Shown here one piece after another: positions 38,304 through 50,900 of a stretch of 64,000 bases of DNA. The position numbers and the translations under genes were made by a program. This stretch comes from Utricularia gibba (taxonomy: Eukaryota > Plantae > Magnoliophyta). The notes under the pieces were generated by a model. That model saw only the letters and a program-made list of their open reading frames with translations. It was not told the origin of the DNA and made no database searches. The stretch lies in the NCBI GenBank assembly GCA_002189035.1, contig NEEC01000012.1:2852001-2916000 (forward strand), in the 5' to 3' direction. Each line of letters begins with the position of its first letter. The stretch's first letter is position 1.

Positions 38304-40994
38304 TCATGCAGAGTGCTTTGACTTGGATATTTCCCTTAAGACAGAGCCCACAATCACTGCTTGATCAAAGAATTGTGCTCTCTGAAGAGCATCCGAAAGC
38401 AAAACACATGTTTTTGTATATATATCACACCCTTCCAACCTCATTTCTTCAAACAGGCAATAAGCTTCCTGTGCTCTGTTGGCCGAGCTCAGCCCTTGTA
38501 TCATCACATTATAACAGGCAGAATCTGGCTTGCCACCACTCTCTTTGTATGTCATAAGTAGTTTCTCAGCCTCATATATATTTCCAACCTTGGCAAGCCC
38601 TGAAATCATGTTGAGGTGAGTGATAGCATGGGGTTTCAGCCCTTGTTTCTGCATCTCCTGCCAGAATACATAAGCTTTAGCGAATTTTCGGGCACGGCAT
38701 AAACCATCTATGATGATGCCATAGGATACAGCGTTGGGAGGACAGTTCATGTCCTTCATTGTGTTCCAACACACAAGGGCTTCATCTATTTCCCCTGCCT
38801 TCACTAGTGCATCAAGCAGGCAATTCCATGTTCCAATTTTCGGGCTCAAGTTTCTTTGCATCATTTCATCCACAATTTGATAAGCTTCATCTATTCTGCC
38901 TACCTTACCAAAACCATCCATGAGACTAGTATAGGCCAAAACATTCAACTCAACACCCATAGATTTTGCTTCTTCAAAGAGGAGATAAGCTTCATCTAGC
39001 CGGTCAACTCTAGCAAGCCCATCAATGACAGAACCATATGTGTGTACAGTTGGTTGATGTTCATTTGCTTTCATTTCTTCTAAGAGCTGTAATGCTTTGC
39101 TGACTTCACCAGATTTGCAAAATCCTTCTATTATGGTATTATAGGCAATGACATCTAGGCTGCATTGTTCCTTCATAGCTTCAAATATTTCATTTGTCTC
39201 AGAAGCACAGCCAGCTTTTGTAAGACCATTGATTAAAATTGAGCAGCTCTTTGCATCTGGGGTAAATAGTGTTTTGATCTCGTCGAATAAAGCTCTGCCT
39301 TTCTCCACCTCACCAGCTTTGAAGAGACAATCCATGTACGTGTTCATGAGTTTAAGATCAGGAACCACACTTCTGACAATCATTTGCTTGTAAATCTCCT
39401 GCCCTTCCTCCTTTCTTCCACATTTGAAAAAATGCCTTATGAGGGATGTATATGCAACTGCATCCGGCTCATGCTTAGAATCTAACATTAACTCGTATAT
39501 TGCATAAGCGTCATCAACTCTCCCATGCTGACCCAAACCATCAATCAGTGAGCAAAATGTATAGCTAGTTGGAATACAAACTTCACGATCGAGTCCCTGG
39601 AAAATGGCCAGAGCATCATCAAGCCTGTTTGCCTTACACAAGCGGTCTATCATAATATTAACAGTCCTTATGGATGGCGCCAGGCCAAATGACTTCATGG
39701 AATTTTGGAATTCTGTGGCTACATCAAATTTCCCAGCGCTGCAAAGCATATCAATAATAATATTACATGTACACAGGTTAGGCATGGCAACCTTTTTCAT
39801 GTCATCAAAAACCTTTAAGGCCTCGTCTATTTTCCCTTTCTTACCCAGGCAAGTAAGAAGACTGTTATAGGAAATGACCGCAGGCACACCACCCTTCATC
39901 CTTTGCCTCTCCAAAAGGTTATATGCTTCATCAAACCGTCCAATGGTACCATAGCCCATTATCATAATGCTATAAGAATATGCAGATGGGATAACTGTAC
40001 TGGATTCCATCTGCTCAAGTAACTCATTGGCTTCATCCATCCTACCATACTTGCATAGAACTCCAATCATGCTGTTATATGACACAACATCAGGCATTAG
40101 GCCATGAGCCCTCATTTCAGTAAAAAAATTCCAAGCCACGTCAACGTTACCAACCTTGCCAAAGCCATCGATACATACGTTATATAAAACAACATCTGGC
40201 TCCAGAGAATGGCTCTTCAACTCATCCAACAATGCGAGAGCCACATCAATGCGGCCATCGCGAGCAAACACACGAATCAAAGTTGTGAACAAATGCACAT
40301 TGACCTCATAACCTAACTCTTGCATCTGGTGAAATAAAGAAAGCATAAGATCAGGCCTATGATCAGTGGCCAATGCACCTATCAGGGTAGTATATGCTGA
40401 AAATGCAGGACGTATTTTGAATCTTCTCATCGTTTGGATCAAATCAAATGCCTCTCTCAATCTTTTTTTCTTTATGCTGCAGGAAATCAAGTCTACACAA
40501 GTGTGATACGACAGGATATATCCAGCTATACTCATCTCCTCCAGAAGACAATTAACTCGATCAAACTTCATGCATCTAGTCATCAATAAGAGAAGAGAAT
40601 TATATGCATCAAGAGAATTCACCTTATGGGTCACCTTCTCTACCCATCTAAAATAATGTAGACCCAAATCTGCATCCTTCAACCTTCTTAAAACCTCAGC
40701 AACCACATTGATATGAAGTTTTTCATCACATAAAGAAAGAGATTTTTCTGCTGCACGCCCCCATGGAGAGCTCTCTAATACCGCACAGATATTCTTAGCT
40801 TCTTTTCTAAAAATTCCATGCTTTTTTATCTTATTCCGAGAAAGTCTCCCCTTTTCACAGATTGATTTATTATCTTCCTTACAGGCGGCGACATCAGAAA
40901 CAACGTATCTTTTGCACAGATTACAAAGTGTGAAGCATCTGAAATCGAGAATTTTTGAGCCTGATAAGAAGCAGCAGCGTGTAATGAGAATCAT
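38304..40994 (-). CDS. P-class pentatricopeptide repeat protein (At3g06920-like)
   Basis: Intact 896-aa ORF of tandem 35-aa PPR motifs (PDVVLYNVCIDGFGKVG, PTVHTYGSVIDGLARV and others). No E/DYW extension. Confidence 0.95.
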   Translation of the reverse strand: MILITRCCFLSGSKILDFRCFTLCNLCKRYVVSDVAACKEDNKSICEKGRLSRNKIKKHGIFRKEAKNICAVLESSPWGRAAEKSLSLCDEKLHINVVAEVLRRLKDADLGLHYFRWVEKVTHKVNSLDAYNSLLLLMTRCMKFDRVNCLLEEMSIAGYILSYHTCVDLISCSIKKKRLREAFDLIQTMRRFKIRPAFSAYTTLIGALATDHRPDLMLSLFHQMQELGYEVNVHLFTTLIRVFARDGRIDVALALLDELKSHSLEPDVVLYNVCIDGFGKVGNVDVAWNFFTEMRAHGLMPDVVSYNSMIGVLCKYGRMDEANELLEQMESSTVIPSAYSYSIMIMGYGTIGRFDEAYNLLERQRMKGGVPAVISYNSLLTCLGKKGKIDEALKVFDDMKKVAMPNLCTCNIIIDMLCSAGKFDVATEFQNSMKSFGLAPSIRTVNIMIDRLCKANRLDDALAIFQGLDREVCIPTSYTFCSLIDGLGQHGRVDDAYAIYELMLDSKHEPDAVAYTSLIRHFFKCGRKEEGQEIYKQMIVRSVVPDLKLMNTYMDCLFKAGEVEKGRALFDEIKTLFTPDAKSCSILINGLTKAGCASETNEIFEAMKEQCSLDVIAYNTIIEGFCKSGEVSKALQLLEEMKANEHQPTVHTYGSVIDGLARVDRLDEAYLLFEEAKSMGVELNVLAYTSLMDGFGKVGRIDEAYQIVDEMMQRNLSPKIGTWNCLLDALVKAGEIDEALVCWNTMKDMNCPPNAVSYGIIIDGLCRARKFAKAYVFWQEMQKQGLKPHAITHLNMISGLAKVGNIYEAEKLLMTYKESGGKPDSACYNVMIQGLSSANRAQEAYCLFEEMRLEGCDIYTKTCVLLSDALQRAQFFDQAVIVGSVLREISKSKHSA

Positions 40995-41659
40995 ACATCA
41001 ACCGACGAATTACTGGTTAACACCAACAAAGTAGCAAGCAAAGACATTATTCTCTCACAATTACCTCTTGTTGTAACCAGCGCCCGCATAGAGGGTGCCT
41101 CAAGCGTAGTTGGTGAAAGAAAGGCAAGAATTTGCTGAACATCTGTGGGGCTGTGTTAAGCGGAGACGACGAGCACGATTCTGCGATAAATCGAGACTTG
41201 AAGGACTGAATTTTAATAAACTGGATCTTGTGGTACCATTCAGTTAATTTAAAAAACTTGGAATGCTGGTTTCTGGCGTCTGGTGACGTGGCATTTCGTG
41301 ATTTGCAGATGATGAGTGTGTATGTGCAACCTCCGAATATCTTTGTACGCTGACCGCGGACCCTCATCCGGAGCTCGGAGGTCGACTTTTTGGGGTTTCG
41401 GATCTGGAGAGCTCTCGATCGGATCTTTATATCTTTCAAGGTAGATGCTTTTTTGATATCTAGTTAAGAATTATCATGGTTCGGAGTTTACCCGCCGAAT
41501 TTTAGAGAATTCTAATTTGGGATTCTGATCTTGAAGTTTATGGGCTTCTTTTGTGTCGAATGGTATATTTGATCGTCGGGTCGATGTTTTTCGGGCATTG
41601 AATTTCCGATGGTGACTGAGGGTTTGATTTCATTCAGGGTTTGACTTGAGGAAATTGCG

Positions 41660-42709
41660 ATGGAGAGTAACAAAGATGAGGCTTTGAGATGCGTCAGTAT
41701 TGCAAAGGAGGCGATTTCAGCGGGGAATAAACAAAGAGCACTTAAGTTTATCGGAATCGCTCGCCGCCTCAATGAGAATTTGCCTCTAGACGATTTATTA
41801 GCTTCTTGTGAAAAGCTTGATTCTGCTTCTCAACGTGATGATGTATCCGATGTTTCAAAGGTGAAGCATAATTCGGGCTCTGTGAATAGTGATTATGTCT
41901 CCAATGGGGAGAAGAGTTACACGGAGGAGAATGTTCAGCTAGTGAGAGAAATCAAGAGTAAAAGGGATTATTATTCTATACTGGGGTTAGAGAGAAGTTG
42001 CTCTGTGGAGGAGGTCAGGAAAGCCTACAGGAAACTTTCACTCAAAGTTCATCCTGATAAAAACAAAGCACCAGGTTCCGAGGAAGCATTCAAGAAAGTC
42101 AGCAAGGCTTTTAAGTGCTTGAGCGAGGAGGAATCAAGGCAGCAGTATGATCAAACTGGCTTAGTTGATGAGTTTGAGCGTAATGAACAATATCAAGGCA
42201 GGAGAAGGCGTAGGAGAAATGTTAATGAGTTTTACGCTGACGATTTTGATCCAGATGAGATCTTTAGAGCGTTTTTTGGCGACCGGGATGTGTATAGAAA
42301 TGCTCATGTTTACAGGACAAGAGCACGTACTGCAGGGGATCACCATAGGGAAGGTTCTGCTAATGGAGGGCCGAATATCATGCTGCTTCTGCAGTTACTA
42401 CCGTTTTTGCTCATTATTCTTCTTGCGTATCTCCCTTACACCGAACCCCAGTATTCGCTTCAGAGGAACTACACTTATCAGTTCAAGAAATTGACAGAAA
42501 AACATGGAGTTGAGTTCTTTGTCAAGTCTACTGAATTTGATGAGCACTTTCCTACAGGGAGCCCCGGGCGAAGTGAAATTGAGAGCAATGTTATCAAGGA
42601 CTACAAGCACATGCTAAGCCGCTATTGTCACATGGAAATGCAGCGGCGCCAGTGGAATAGGCATTTCCAGACCCCTCACTGCGACCAGCTTGAAAGCTTC
42701 ACGGCATGA
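41660..42709 (+). CDS. DnaJ domain protein (dnaJ 49/DNAJB12-type, with C-terminal DUF1977)
   Basis: MESNKDEALRC N-terminus, J-domain with YRKLSLKVHPDKN, DPDEIFRAFFG, TM LLQLLPFLLIILL. Divergent from the PPR gene across about 665 bp. Confidence 0.93.
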   Translation: MESNKDEALRCVSIAKEAISAGNKQRALKFIGIARRLNENLPLDDLLASCEKLDSASQRDDVSDVSKVKHNSGSVNSDYVSNGEKSYTEENVQLVREIKSKRDYYSILGLERSCSVEEVRKAYRKLSLKVHPDKNKAPGSEEAFKKVSKAFKCLSEEESRQQYDQTGLVDEFERNEQYQGRRRRRRNVNEFYADDFDPDEIFRAFFGDRDVYRNAHVYRTRARTAGDHHREGSANGGPNIMLLLQLLPFLLIILLAYLPYTEPQYSLQRNYTYQFKKLTEKHGVEFFVKSTEFDEHFPTGSPGRSEIESNVIKDYKHMLSRYCHMEMQRRQWNRHFQTPHCDQLESFTA

Positions 42710-43019
42710 AGGTGAGCTTTACTTTGATTTTAAGCACAATTTTACTACATATCATGTATCCTTTACCAATATCTTAGCCAAGCAGAAAAAAAAAAGTTCA
42801 GCACTTCAAGGTATGTTCAACAAATTCATAAATTTATGCTGCAGGTATTCATCCGCACATCATCACACACATGGTGGTGAAATAATTTACGGGTCCTGCT
42901 GGGTATCTTCGGGTCATGAATTTTTGTACATTTCAGGGTGATTAGCTAATGCTTCATGTGTTTAGTGCATCGAATACAACTTACATGATTTGATAGCAGC
43001 ATGTTATCAGTCCATGGAC

Positions 43020-43620
43020 CTTTTATGAGGAAACACAACTCCTCCAGTTGAGAAACTGTGGGAAGCCCCACATTGTGTATACCCCCCTATTTTTCCTATA
43101 GTTGAATTGATATCAAATAAGTTGCAACTCGGGGCGTCGATTAGGTGATCAGGATGCAACTGGGGTGAAACTAAGTGGAGGTCCGAACCCCCTGATGTTG
43201 ATGACTTGTGCATAGGGGGTCAATTTCCCCAGTTGGGACCATTCTTCACGGAAGATATGCTTGAGCCATGGAAGATATTTGATTCCGTCCATGTGTCCTA
43301 TTAAGCAGCCATTTTGCCCCTAAAATTGGATGCCCAAATACTGTACCACCACTAATTTGTGTATCGCCTTACCGATGTGCAGCGAAGCCGCCAGAGCCGA
43401 AACAAGATCCATTATTTATGGGGAGTTAATAATTTGATCGTGCGAAATGGGGGACCAGCAATCTCGCCATAAAGGCCGATCGCAGATCGTCCTCCATCTG
43501 GATTATGGATAAAAAAAGACACTAAAGAGCGTTGGCATGAAGAAGGAAGCGGTTGAAATCGTCGTTGTGGTAAGAATTTCAGGAAAGTTGCTTCCGTTGT
43601 GCTGCAACTGTTTGTTTTTG
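43020..43620 (+). pseudogene. eroded PLS-E class PPR gene relic
   Basis: RRLGD..TG, WKIFDS (43269-43286), then SGLW and AAAGAGCGT-T-GGCATGAAGAAGGAA = KER-GMKKE (43524-43548, one extra T), which matches the E+ motif MKERG+KKEPG. Confidence 0.5.
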
Positions 43621-43977
43621 GTCGTGAAATTGCAATGCTCTGGAGTTGATCGAATTTTTTTGGATATTTTAATAGCAATGTATAATTACTGTCAAATGAA
43701 TAATAATAATTTCCCTTTCAAGGCGGGAAAATGGTTTCTTTGTTGTCAGTGAGGCAAGAAAATTTCCATCCCAAATGATGTATGGGGTTTCACAGTATTT
43801 CCTTTATACACGATGAAATGACAGTATATCTTCAGCAAAAGGATGAGTTGCTGCTGTACATACAAAATATCGATATGCTTTTAGTCGCTGAGTTTTTCTT
43901 CTTTTGTCACACAGATGAGGGTATACCATGAGGGGGCATTCTCGGTTTATTTGCTTTCACTCACTTGCATCTTGCAT

Positions 43978-45552
43978 TTAGCAGATTGTAGCATCCTCCC
44001 CACATTTCAATGGTAAACTGTCATCTTGATCTTGGATGCTTTCACCAACCATAACTTTTGCCCTCAGAGATTGATTTTCCCAATCTGTTTGGTATACGAC
44101 TGCTGAAATGGATAACAGGCAGGCCAACTGAGCTGCTAGAAGTCCATAGCAAAGGCCTAAAAATCCCTGTTTCCAGAAGAAGGCCAACGCCAGGGCAACT
44201 GGGGTCCCCAGTAAGTAGAATGAGCAGAAGTTTATAATGGCACTGATACTAGGCCTTGCACTTCCTCGAAGCACCCCACAACCTGTGGTTTGTGGGCAGT
44301 TTGCAAGCTCACAGAGTCCAATGATGGGGAGTATAGTCACTGTCAATTCGAGAACCTCATGCTGATTGGTGAACACTCTTGCCCATATTCGCCTGCCTAT
44401 GGTGGTAAGAAGAAGGCCAAAGACTGATGTGGAGAATGCGAGTGTTATGGCTACTGCAGCTGCCAATCTTGCCTTATGAGGTCTCCCTGCTCCCAGTTCA
44501 TTTCCCACCCGGACTGAAATGGATGAGCTAAGTGCAGAAGGTAAGGTGTACATGAATGATGTTGTTTGTATTACGATTGCTGATGCTGAGAGTGCAACTT
44601 GGGGTTTATTGAGGTAACCAGACATCAAAGTCATGAGCTCATACCACCACCATTCCAAGCATACAGCAAGGCAACTAGTGAATGCTAATCGAATTAGCAA
44701 TCCCCACTCCTCCCAAGATGAGATCCCTGAGCTGAGCTTATTTGAATTTTGTAACAAGGGTTTGGATAGAGGCATCCCTTCATTATTAGAATAGTTTATG
44801 TAGCATAAGAGAAAGAGTAGGAAGATAATGTCAATGGTAAATGTAGATATTGCAATTCCCTGGATGCCAAGATGTTGATGGAAGGTGAAGAAGATGGTAA
44901 TAGGAGCATGTAACAATGTTGCTAGAAGATTGCACCAGAGCAGGGGCCATGCTGTCCCTCTGCTGCGTATGTAGATACGCAGAGGATGAAGAATACTATT
45001 AGCAATAAGATCTGGAACTGCGAAACGGCAGTATAAGCTGGCAATATGCACTACTTGGGGCTCTTGGTGGAGAAACAGCATTAGAGGCTCCAGATATATC
45101 CAAAGCACTCCGATGGGTATGGATGTAAAAAGCAACAAAATAATCATCCTTTGGAGGGTGATGGACAATATGCTGTAGTTTTTGGAGCCAAAAGCTTGTG
45201 TGCAAATTGGTTCCATCCCTATGGCCAATCCAGAAAGCACAGAGTAACCTGTAATGTTTGTGAAACCAATGGCTAGTGCACCTCCTGCTAACTCAAGTCC
45301 CCCTAACCTGCCCATACAAGCGACAGAGACCATGTTTTTGAGGTAATTTAATATTCCCATAGCTAATACTGGAAACCCAATGTCTGCTATGTTCCTGACT
45401 TCCTCCAAAACCTAGAAATGACAGAAGTGATTGAAAGATGAGGGGTTAAAGTTGGAAACTGATCTCTTCCATGCATTTATTGGTCTTCTGGTTCTTACCA
45501 TGCTTGTTGAGACGTTGGCCTTGATATGCTCCTTTCTCATAGTGTTTTCCAT
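43978..45552 (-). CDS. DTX55: MATE/DETOXIFICATION transporter (DTX55-like clade)
   Basis: Short exon 1 (ATG at 45552 or 45540, to 45499), intron 45498-45412, then VLEEVRNIADIGFP...ELAGGALAIGFTNITGYSVL, CLEWWWYELM and NCPQTTGCGVLRG, with about 12 TM segments. Confidence 0.9.
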
Positions 45553-46380
45553 TCTACTTCTTTTGCTGTGGGAGAGGATGAATGTTTTCTTCCTCGTCAC
45601 TCTGTCGATTGTGTAGACATGTGCTGGGAAAGGCAACCTCGAATTGAACCTTTTTCCACACTTCTCTGCACACACTCCAAGCACTTGGAGAGAAAACTTT
45701 TCAAGGAAGCACACATGGGATGGCAGTGGGGGCTTCTTTTATCATTTGATGAAGCAGCTATCGATTCTTAAACCAGAATCTCTAATGGTTTGGGGAGTAG
45801 ATTTCATCGTCATAAAGGGCTCTAAATTAGCTTTGTCATTTTTCCAAAAATATAAAAGCTTACCTCTACACTCAAATGAGAAGATTATTCAGAAAGTATG
45901 ATGAAGTTATGGTTTATCTGAATAGCTAGATGCTTCATTTATTTTGTATCTCTCTCATTTTGCGCATTGTCGTGCACAATTTCAAATGCCCCTTCTTGGT
46001 CATAAAACTTGCATGATCTTGTCAGCAAATCTTGTTCCCCATGATTCATCAACACCACTTTTTCTTATCAAGTCACTTGTCTTTTTAACTGCCATGCTTT
46101 GTTGATACATTAACTTACTGTTAGTGGATTACCTTTGGAATGTCAAATCTTACCGTTTCAAGATTTTGACATGGGAAGAATCTACACTTAGCAATGGGAA
46201 AGAGTTATCAGTTCCTGTCACATTCAAGTTATTGTTTCAGGCTAGGCAGAAACCATATTCCATCTCGCCCTCACGTGACCCAGAGTAAACCTCTTTCTGG
46301 GTTGGCAACTGTACACCATGCACTGTCTTCAAATTTTATTCAAGAAGCCTTCTTCTTGTAAGTATGATCTTCTTTCTTTG

Positions 46381-46794
46381 TTATGAAGCACTGCTTTTGT
46401 GCACATGAATGCTGTTGCGGATGGAAACTGGTGATTGTGGAGCCGTGCATGCATGTGCAAATCTGTTGTACCAGACGAGTGTCATGTCCATTGATGGGAA
46501 CGATTTTGTTGCGAAAAATGCGTTTGAAGAATGATATTTCCTTGTAACATTAACAATGCATGACCCTTCACCTTCCAGTTCAACTTCCTTTTGAGTTGAA
46601 AAAGGTGCCACCACATCATTCCCTTGTTCCAACGACACACTTGCTGGTGCACCAAGAGACGAGCAAAGCTGATCATCTCTGCTGGCCACTTTGAATTTGA
46701 CACCACTTTTCGAGGTACAGACGCTGACTGTCTCTGTTACATGGACAACCACTTCAATCAACTCCGGGTCAATCCAGAGTTCCATGGCCATCAT
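46381..46794 (-). CDS. hypothetical 137-aa protein
   Basis: ATG-initiated intronless ORF (MMAMELWIDPELIEVVVHV...) with protein-like composition. No family recognised. Confidence 0.4.
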   Translation of the reverse strand: MMAMELWIDPELIEVVVHVTETVSVCTSKSGVKFKVASRDDQLCSSLGAPASVSLEQGNDVVAPFSTQKEVELEGEGSCIVNVTRKYHSSNAFFATKSFPSMDMTLVWYNRFAHACTAPQSPVSIRNSIHVHKSSAS

Positions 46795-46970
46795 TAAAGG
46801 TTTGTTTGGTATAGTTTCAGTTTCAATAAAAGCATTACTAGAAGTAATTCTTGCTAAAACATGTATTGCTTTAATTTTTTCCGAAACTGAGATATCCCTG
46901 CTTCAAAGCTTCAAAAAAGCTGAAGTGCTTTTAGAATGATTTATTTAGAACTGCATCAAACAAACCTTTA
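46795..46970. mobile_element. Tourist-like (PIF/Harbinger) MITE, about 176 bp
   Basis: Left TAAAGGTTTGTTTG and right CAAACAAACCTTTA are a perfect 14-bp inverted repeat, extendable to 22 bp with 3 mismatches. TWA-type flanks, AT-rich non-coding interior. Confidence 0.75.
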
Positions 46971-47915
46971 GAGTGATGTTAGATGACAAAAGGGAGAGGC
47001 TATTCCAGATTTCACTGCAGCAGAGGTGAAGCCCATGTGCAGGTAAGTGAGAAATGAAGCACGTTTTCCAGCATCACTGTATATTCATCTAAATGAGGCA
47101 AGTGAAACCAGTTACACAGAAGAAAGCCCCTCACTCTTTTTCACTGCATAAACCTCAACTACTCTGCCTGGAAGCACAGCAGAGGGCATCTCCTCCTCCA
47201 CTGAGAGCATCATACCAGTTCCGAGTTCAGTGAATGTTTATGGTTTAGTTTCAAAGTCAGAATCATTCATTCTGGGGCCTGCTAGCTTCATTACAGAGTC
47301 TGGCATGTGATGATGATAGATGAATCATGAATGAATGGTGCTGCCTTTATAATTGCTAGTTGGGGCTCAACATTCCCACAGGGCAGTGGAAAAAGATGGA
47401 CACCAAAATGGTTACTTGTTGCAGAACTGATCATGTGATTTGGTGGAAAGGAAGAGAGCTTTTCCAATGGGATACTTTTGTGCCTTGATTTGACGTCGTC
47501 CTAATCCCCAGTATTGCCACCTTTTTTTTTTCTAGAGATAGATATTTTTGTAACAAATGATATACATTATTTAAATATTATATTTTTATTTTAATTAAAT
47601 AATTTCAAATATATCTTTAAAATTTTAGGGTTTTAGCCCTCAGAACCCGACCCGACTTTATGCATAAATTAGTTTAAAATATATTTGGAAATTAAATCTA
47701 TACAAATGAGGAGGAAAAAGTTAGATTTTAATAATTTTTTATAGCTTCTTTTTAAACAAATATCATAATATTATATTATATTTATATATTTATTGTTATT
47801 AATATTAAATACTTTATATTTTGCGCGCCATGAAATCTCGCGGGGTCAGTGGCGGTTACTCGCAACGGGCACTGCAAACTGCAACAACATAAAACCTCCC
47901 CTCCAAGAAACCAGA

Positions 47916-50900
47916 ATGTCGACAATGGCGAAGAAAATGCTTTCACTTTCTTGCCTGATCGCTGTGATTTCCGTGCATTCTTTCAACTTTCGACTCGCGA
48001 TTTCTGGTAATCTCTCCGAAATACCATCAGTTTTCGTTTTCTAATGATCATCCTGATGTATCTTTCATTTTTTTCCGCTACTGTAGCAGATGGTCCTACA
48101 TTGCCTGCGTTCGCGTTCAGTTGGCCGAATTTCAACGATACGTTTACGGCGGGGGAAATCGCGACGATAAAAGTGATAGTTCTTGGGGATTACGAGTTTG
48201 GCAAGTACGAGTTTGATTTCAAGCCCAACGTATCTGTGAATGATAAGCTAGGAAACAGCAGTTTCGTGACGGGGATGATATTCAATTTGGATGTTAATTC
48301 GACTCAGAGTTGGAGTATCAGTTTTGTTCCGATTGCCGTGGGCCGATTCGATGTGCTCATCAGCGATCAACATTTTCGAGTCTTGGATGCTTCATTGCAC
48401 TTCCACGTCAAACCAGGTTCTTTGAGAAGCGGGATTTCCGATTTCTTTGAGATCACTAATCCTAAATTACTAATCACTAATTAATTAGACGATTAAACTT
48501 ATTGAAAAAAAAAAAACTAAACTCAGGCGGAAGAATCTAGTTATTGAATGCAGTACGTAGTACTCCTTTATTTGTGCAGGATGCATATATCCAGCAGCAG
48601 GAATACCATCTTGGAGAGATGGTTTAGATGAATTCACGGCAGGGATGAAGGTTTCACTACTCATCCTTCCCAAAGATGCATTTGGAAACAATGCTTCTGC
48701 ATCCAATGAACATGGCATCATTGCTCGTAACTTCACTTTGTTTACTGCGACCTCAGATGGTTTCCGTGAAACCCTGCTCAATGTCACCAACACGGCTTGG
48801 GATACTTCAGGATATCTCAATCTTGAATTCACCGTCACAACTTCTGGACTATTCCTGCTAAATGTGGAAGTAGAGAACCGAACACTGAATGGCTGTCCCT
48901 TGCCATTCAAGGTGAAACCAGGTGTTTATAAAGTGCCAATATATCTGATGTTAAAGATACGTTCTTGCATGTTGGCGATGTATTTTCATTGTTCAAATAA
49001 TGATGATTTCAAGCTTGTGTTTTCAGGGGAGCTTGATGTTCAGAGTTGTGTGGTCGAATGGCAAGTTAAAACTAGAAATTTCCAGTTGTTCTCTATGATG
49101 GAGGGGTTCTTGCACCAGCATGATCTTTATGGGAATGCAGTTCCAGGATTCTACGATTTCGACATTGTTGTTCTTGATAAAACATCCAACTTGTCCATAC
49201 CTGTGCCTGATCTACATTTGAAAGAAGCTTCAGCAGGGATTCAATCATTTTCCTTCAGTCTCAATGAGCCTGGAGACTTCATGCTCATGATATTTGATCA
49301 GGAGAAAACCCTCATTTCAGGAATGCCATTTGAATTCACTGTATTCATAGGTACTATATGAACTTAAATGAATGGAAGATATTGTATGCTAAACTTTGTG
49401 ATAAAAAAGAAGAGTGCAGGTTATTGTGATGGAGAAACAAGCACAGTGAATGGAACTGGACTAGCTGACTCGGTGTCGGGCGAAAGTGCGAAGTTCTCTG
49501 TTTTCTTGAAGGATGCTTATCTCTACCCTTCACCAATCAAGCCCGAAAGCCTTCAAATTCAAATAACGCACGAATCCGGTTCTGAAATAAGTTCAATCAT
49601 ACAATTTCGGGAGGCAGGCAATGGTATGGTGCATCTAATTTTCCAAATTCATTTTAAATATAAGTTACAAGCTCTGCCAACCTGCAACAGGTAGCTACTT
49701 CAATGATTATGGACAACATGATCTAACGAGATTGATCCCTGCTCAAGCCATTGATACTATGAATATGGTAAGAAGAATGTTTTTGTTTGTAATCTATACC
49801 TTTAGTTGGAGATACAACAATCTAGTGATCAAGATAGTTTTTTGCTACAGTTTGATGGGACTAGGATTAACAGGGCCAGTGATTTTGATGTTGTATATGT
49901 ACCTGAAAAGAGTGGAGAATATGAGATTCGCGTTTCTTGTGGAAATATTCGGCTGAAAAATTTTCCATTTCGGAAGAAAGTAGCTCCAGGTATTACTGAG
50001 GTTGTACAGCATGCAAAGGCGTAAGTTCCATTGTTGAATAGTTTCAAGCGTTTTTCATGCATCCAGAGTTTGGCAACTGATCCTCTGGCTTGATGCAGGA
50101 TTTGTCAACATATCGCTCTCCGGTGTTGTGAAATTTGCTCCGAAAATTTCAAAGCTGATGAATGATGAAATTTATGTACGGCTGCTTGATTCACACTGTA
50201 ATGCAGTGCTGAAACAGCAAGAGAAGCTACAACTAGAGATAGCTTCCATCAACCGTTCAGCTTTTTCATCATCCTCTTTCTCTGACAACGGTGATGGTAC
50301 TTATATTGCTACCTACATGGCGAAAGATGTTGGAACATATGAGATGTGTGTTTCATACAATGGACAGAGATTTTTCCCATGCCCCTTTGGTGTCAATGTC
50401 TATAACAGTAAGTTTTTAGCTTCAAATTCTGATTCACATAACACATCCATTTAACTAACACATATCCAAGACTTCCAGGTGAATATTTTCCCAAGGCCTC
50501 CAATGATACAATCTCTGTTTGGGAAGACGAGTCGGTTGCTTTTAACGTTCTTGAGAACGATTACTTTGCTGATGGCAATGCAAGTGTTCTCGAGTACTCA
50601 AAGGTAAACACAAACGACTATTATCTTTTGACCTTCATAGAAACCCTAACTTCGATGACATCTGTCGACCAGCCATTTCATGGATCACTACTTCTGTCTG
50701 GGAGCATCTTAAGGTACACACCATTTGACAGGTTCTATGGGAAGGACTGGTTTACTTATATGATATCTGATGTGAATGGAAATATTGCATCGGGGCATGT
50801 GGATTTGCTTATCATCTGCAGGCCACCCCAGCTTGTTTCCATTCCAGGTAACTTACAAGCCATCGAAGATGTAGTTAGCCCCAAATTCAGGTGATGATTC

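Noticed and set aside
43060-43320. MATH-domain-like words (IGAKW, WGFPQF) on the minus strand
   Set aside because: Spacing is too long, and the plus strand is better explained as a PPR-E relic.
47300-47440. Box C/D snoRNA-like GTGATGA...CTGA
   Set aside because: No convincing rRNA/snRNA antisense element next to box D.
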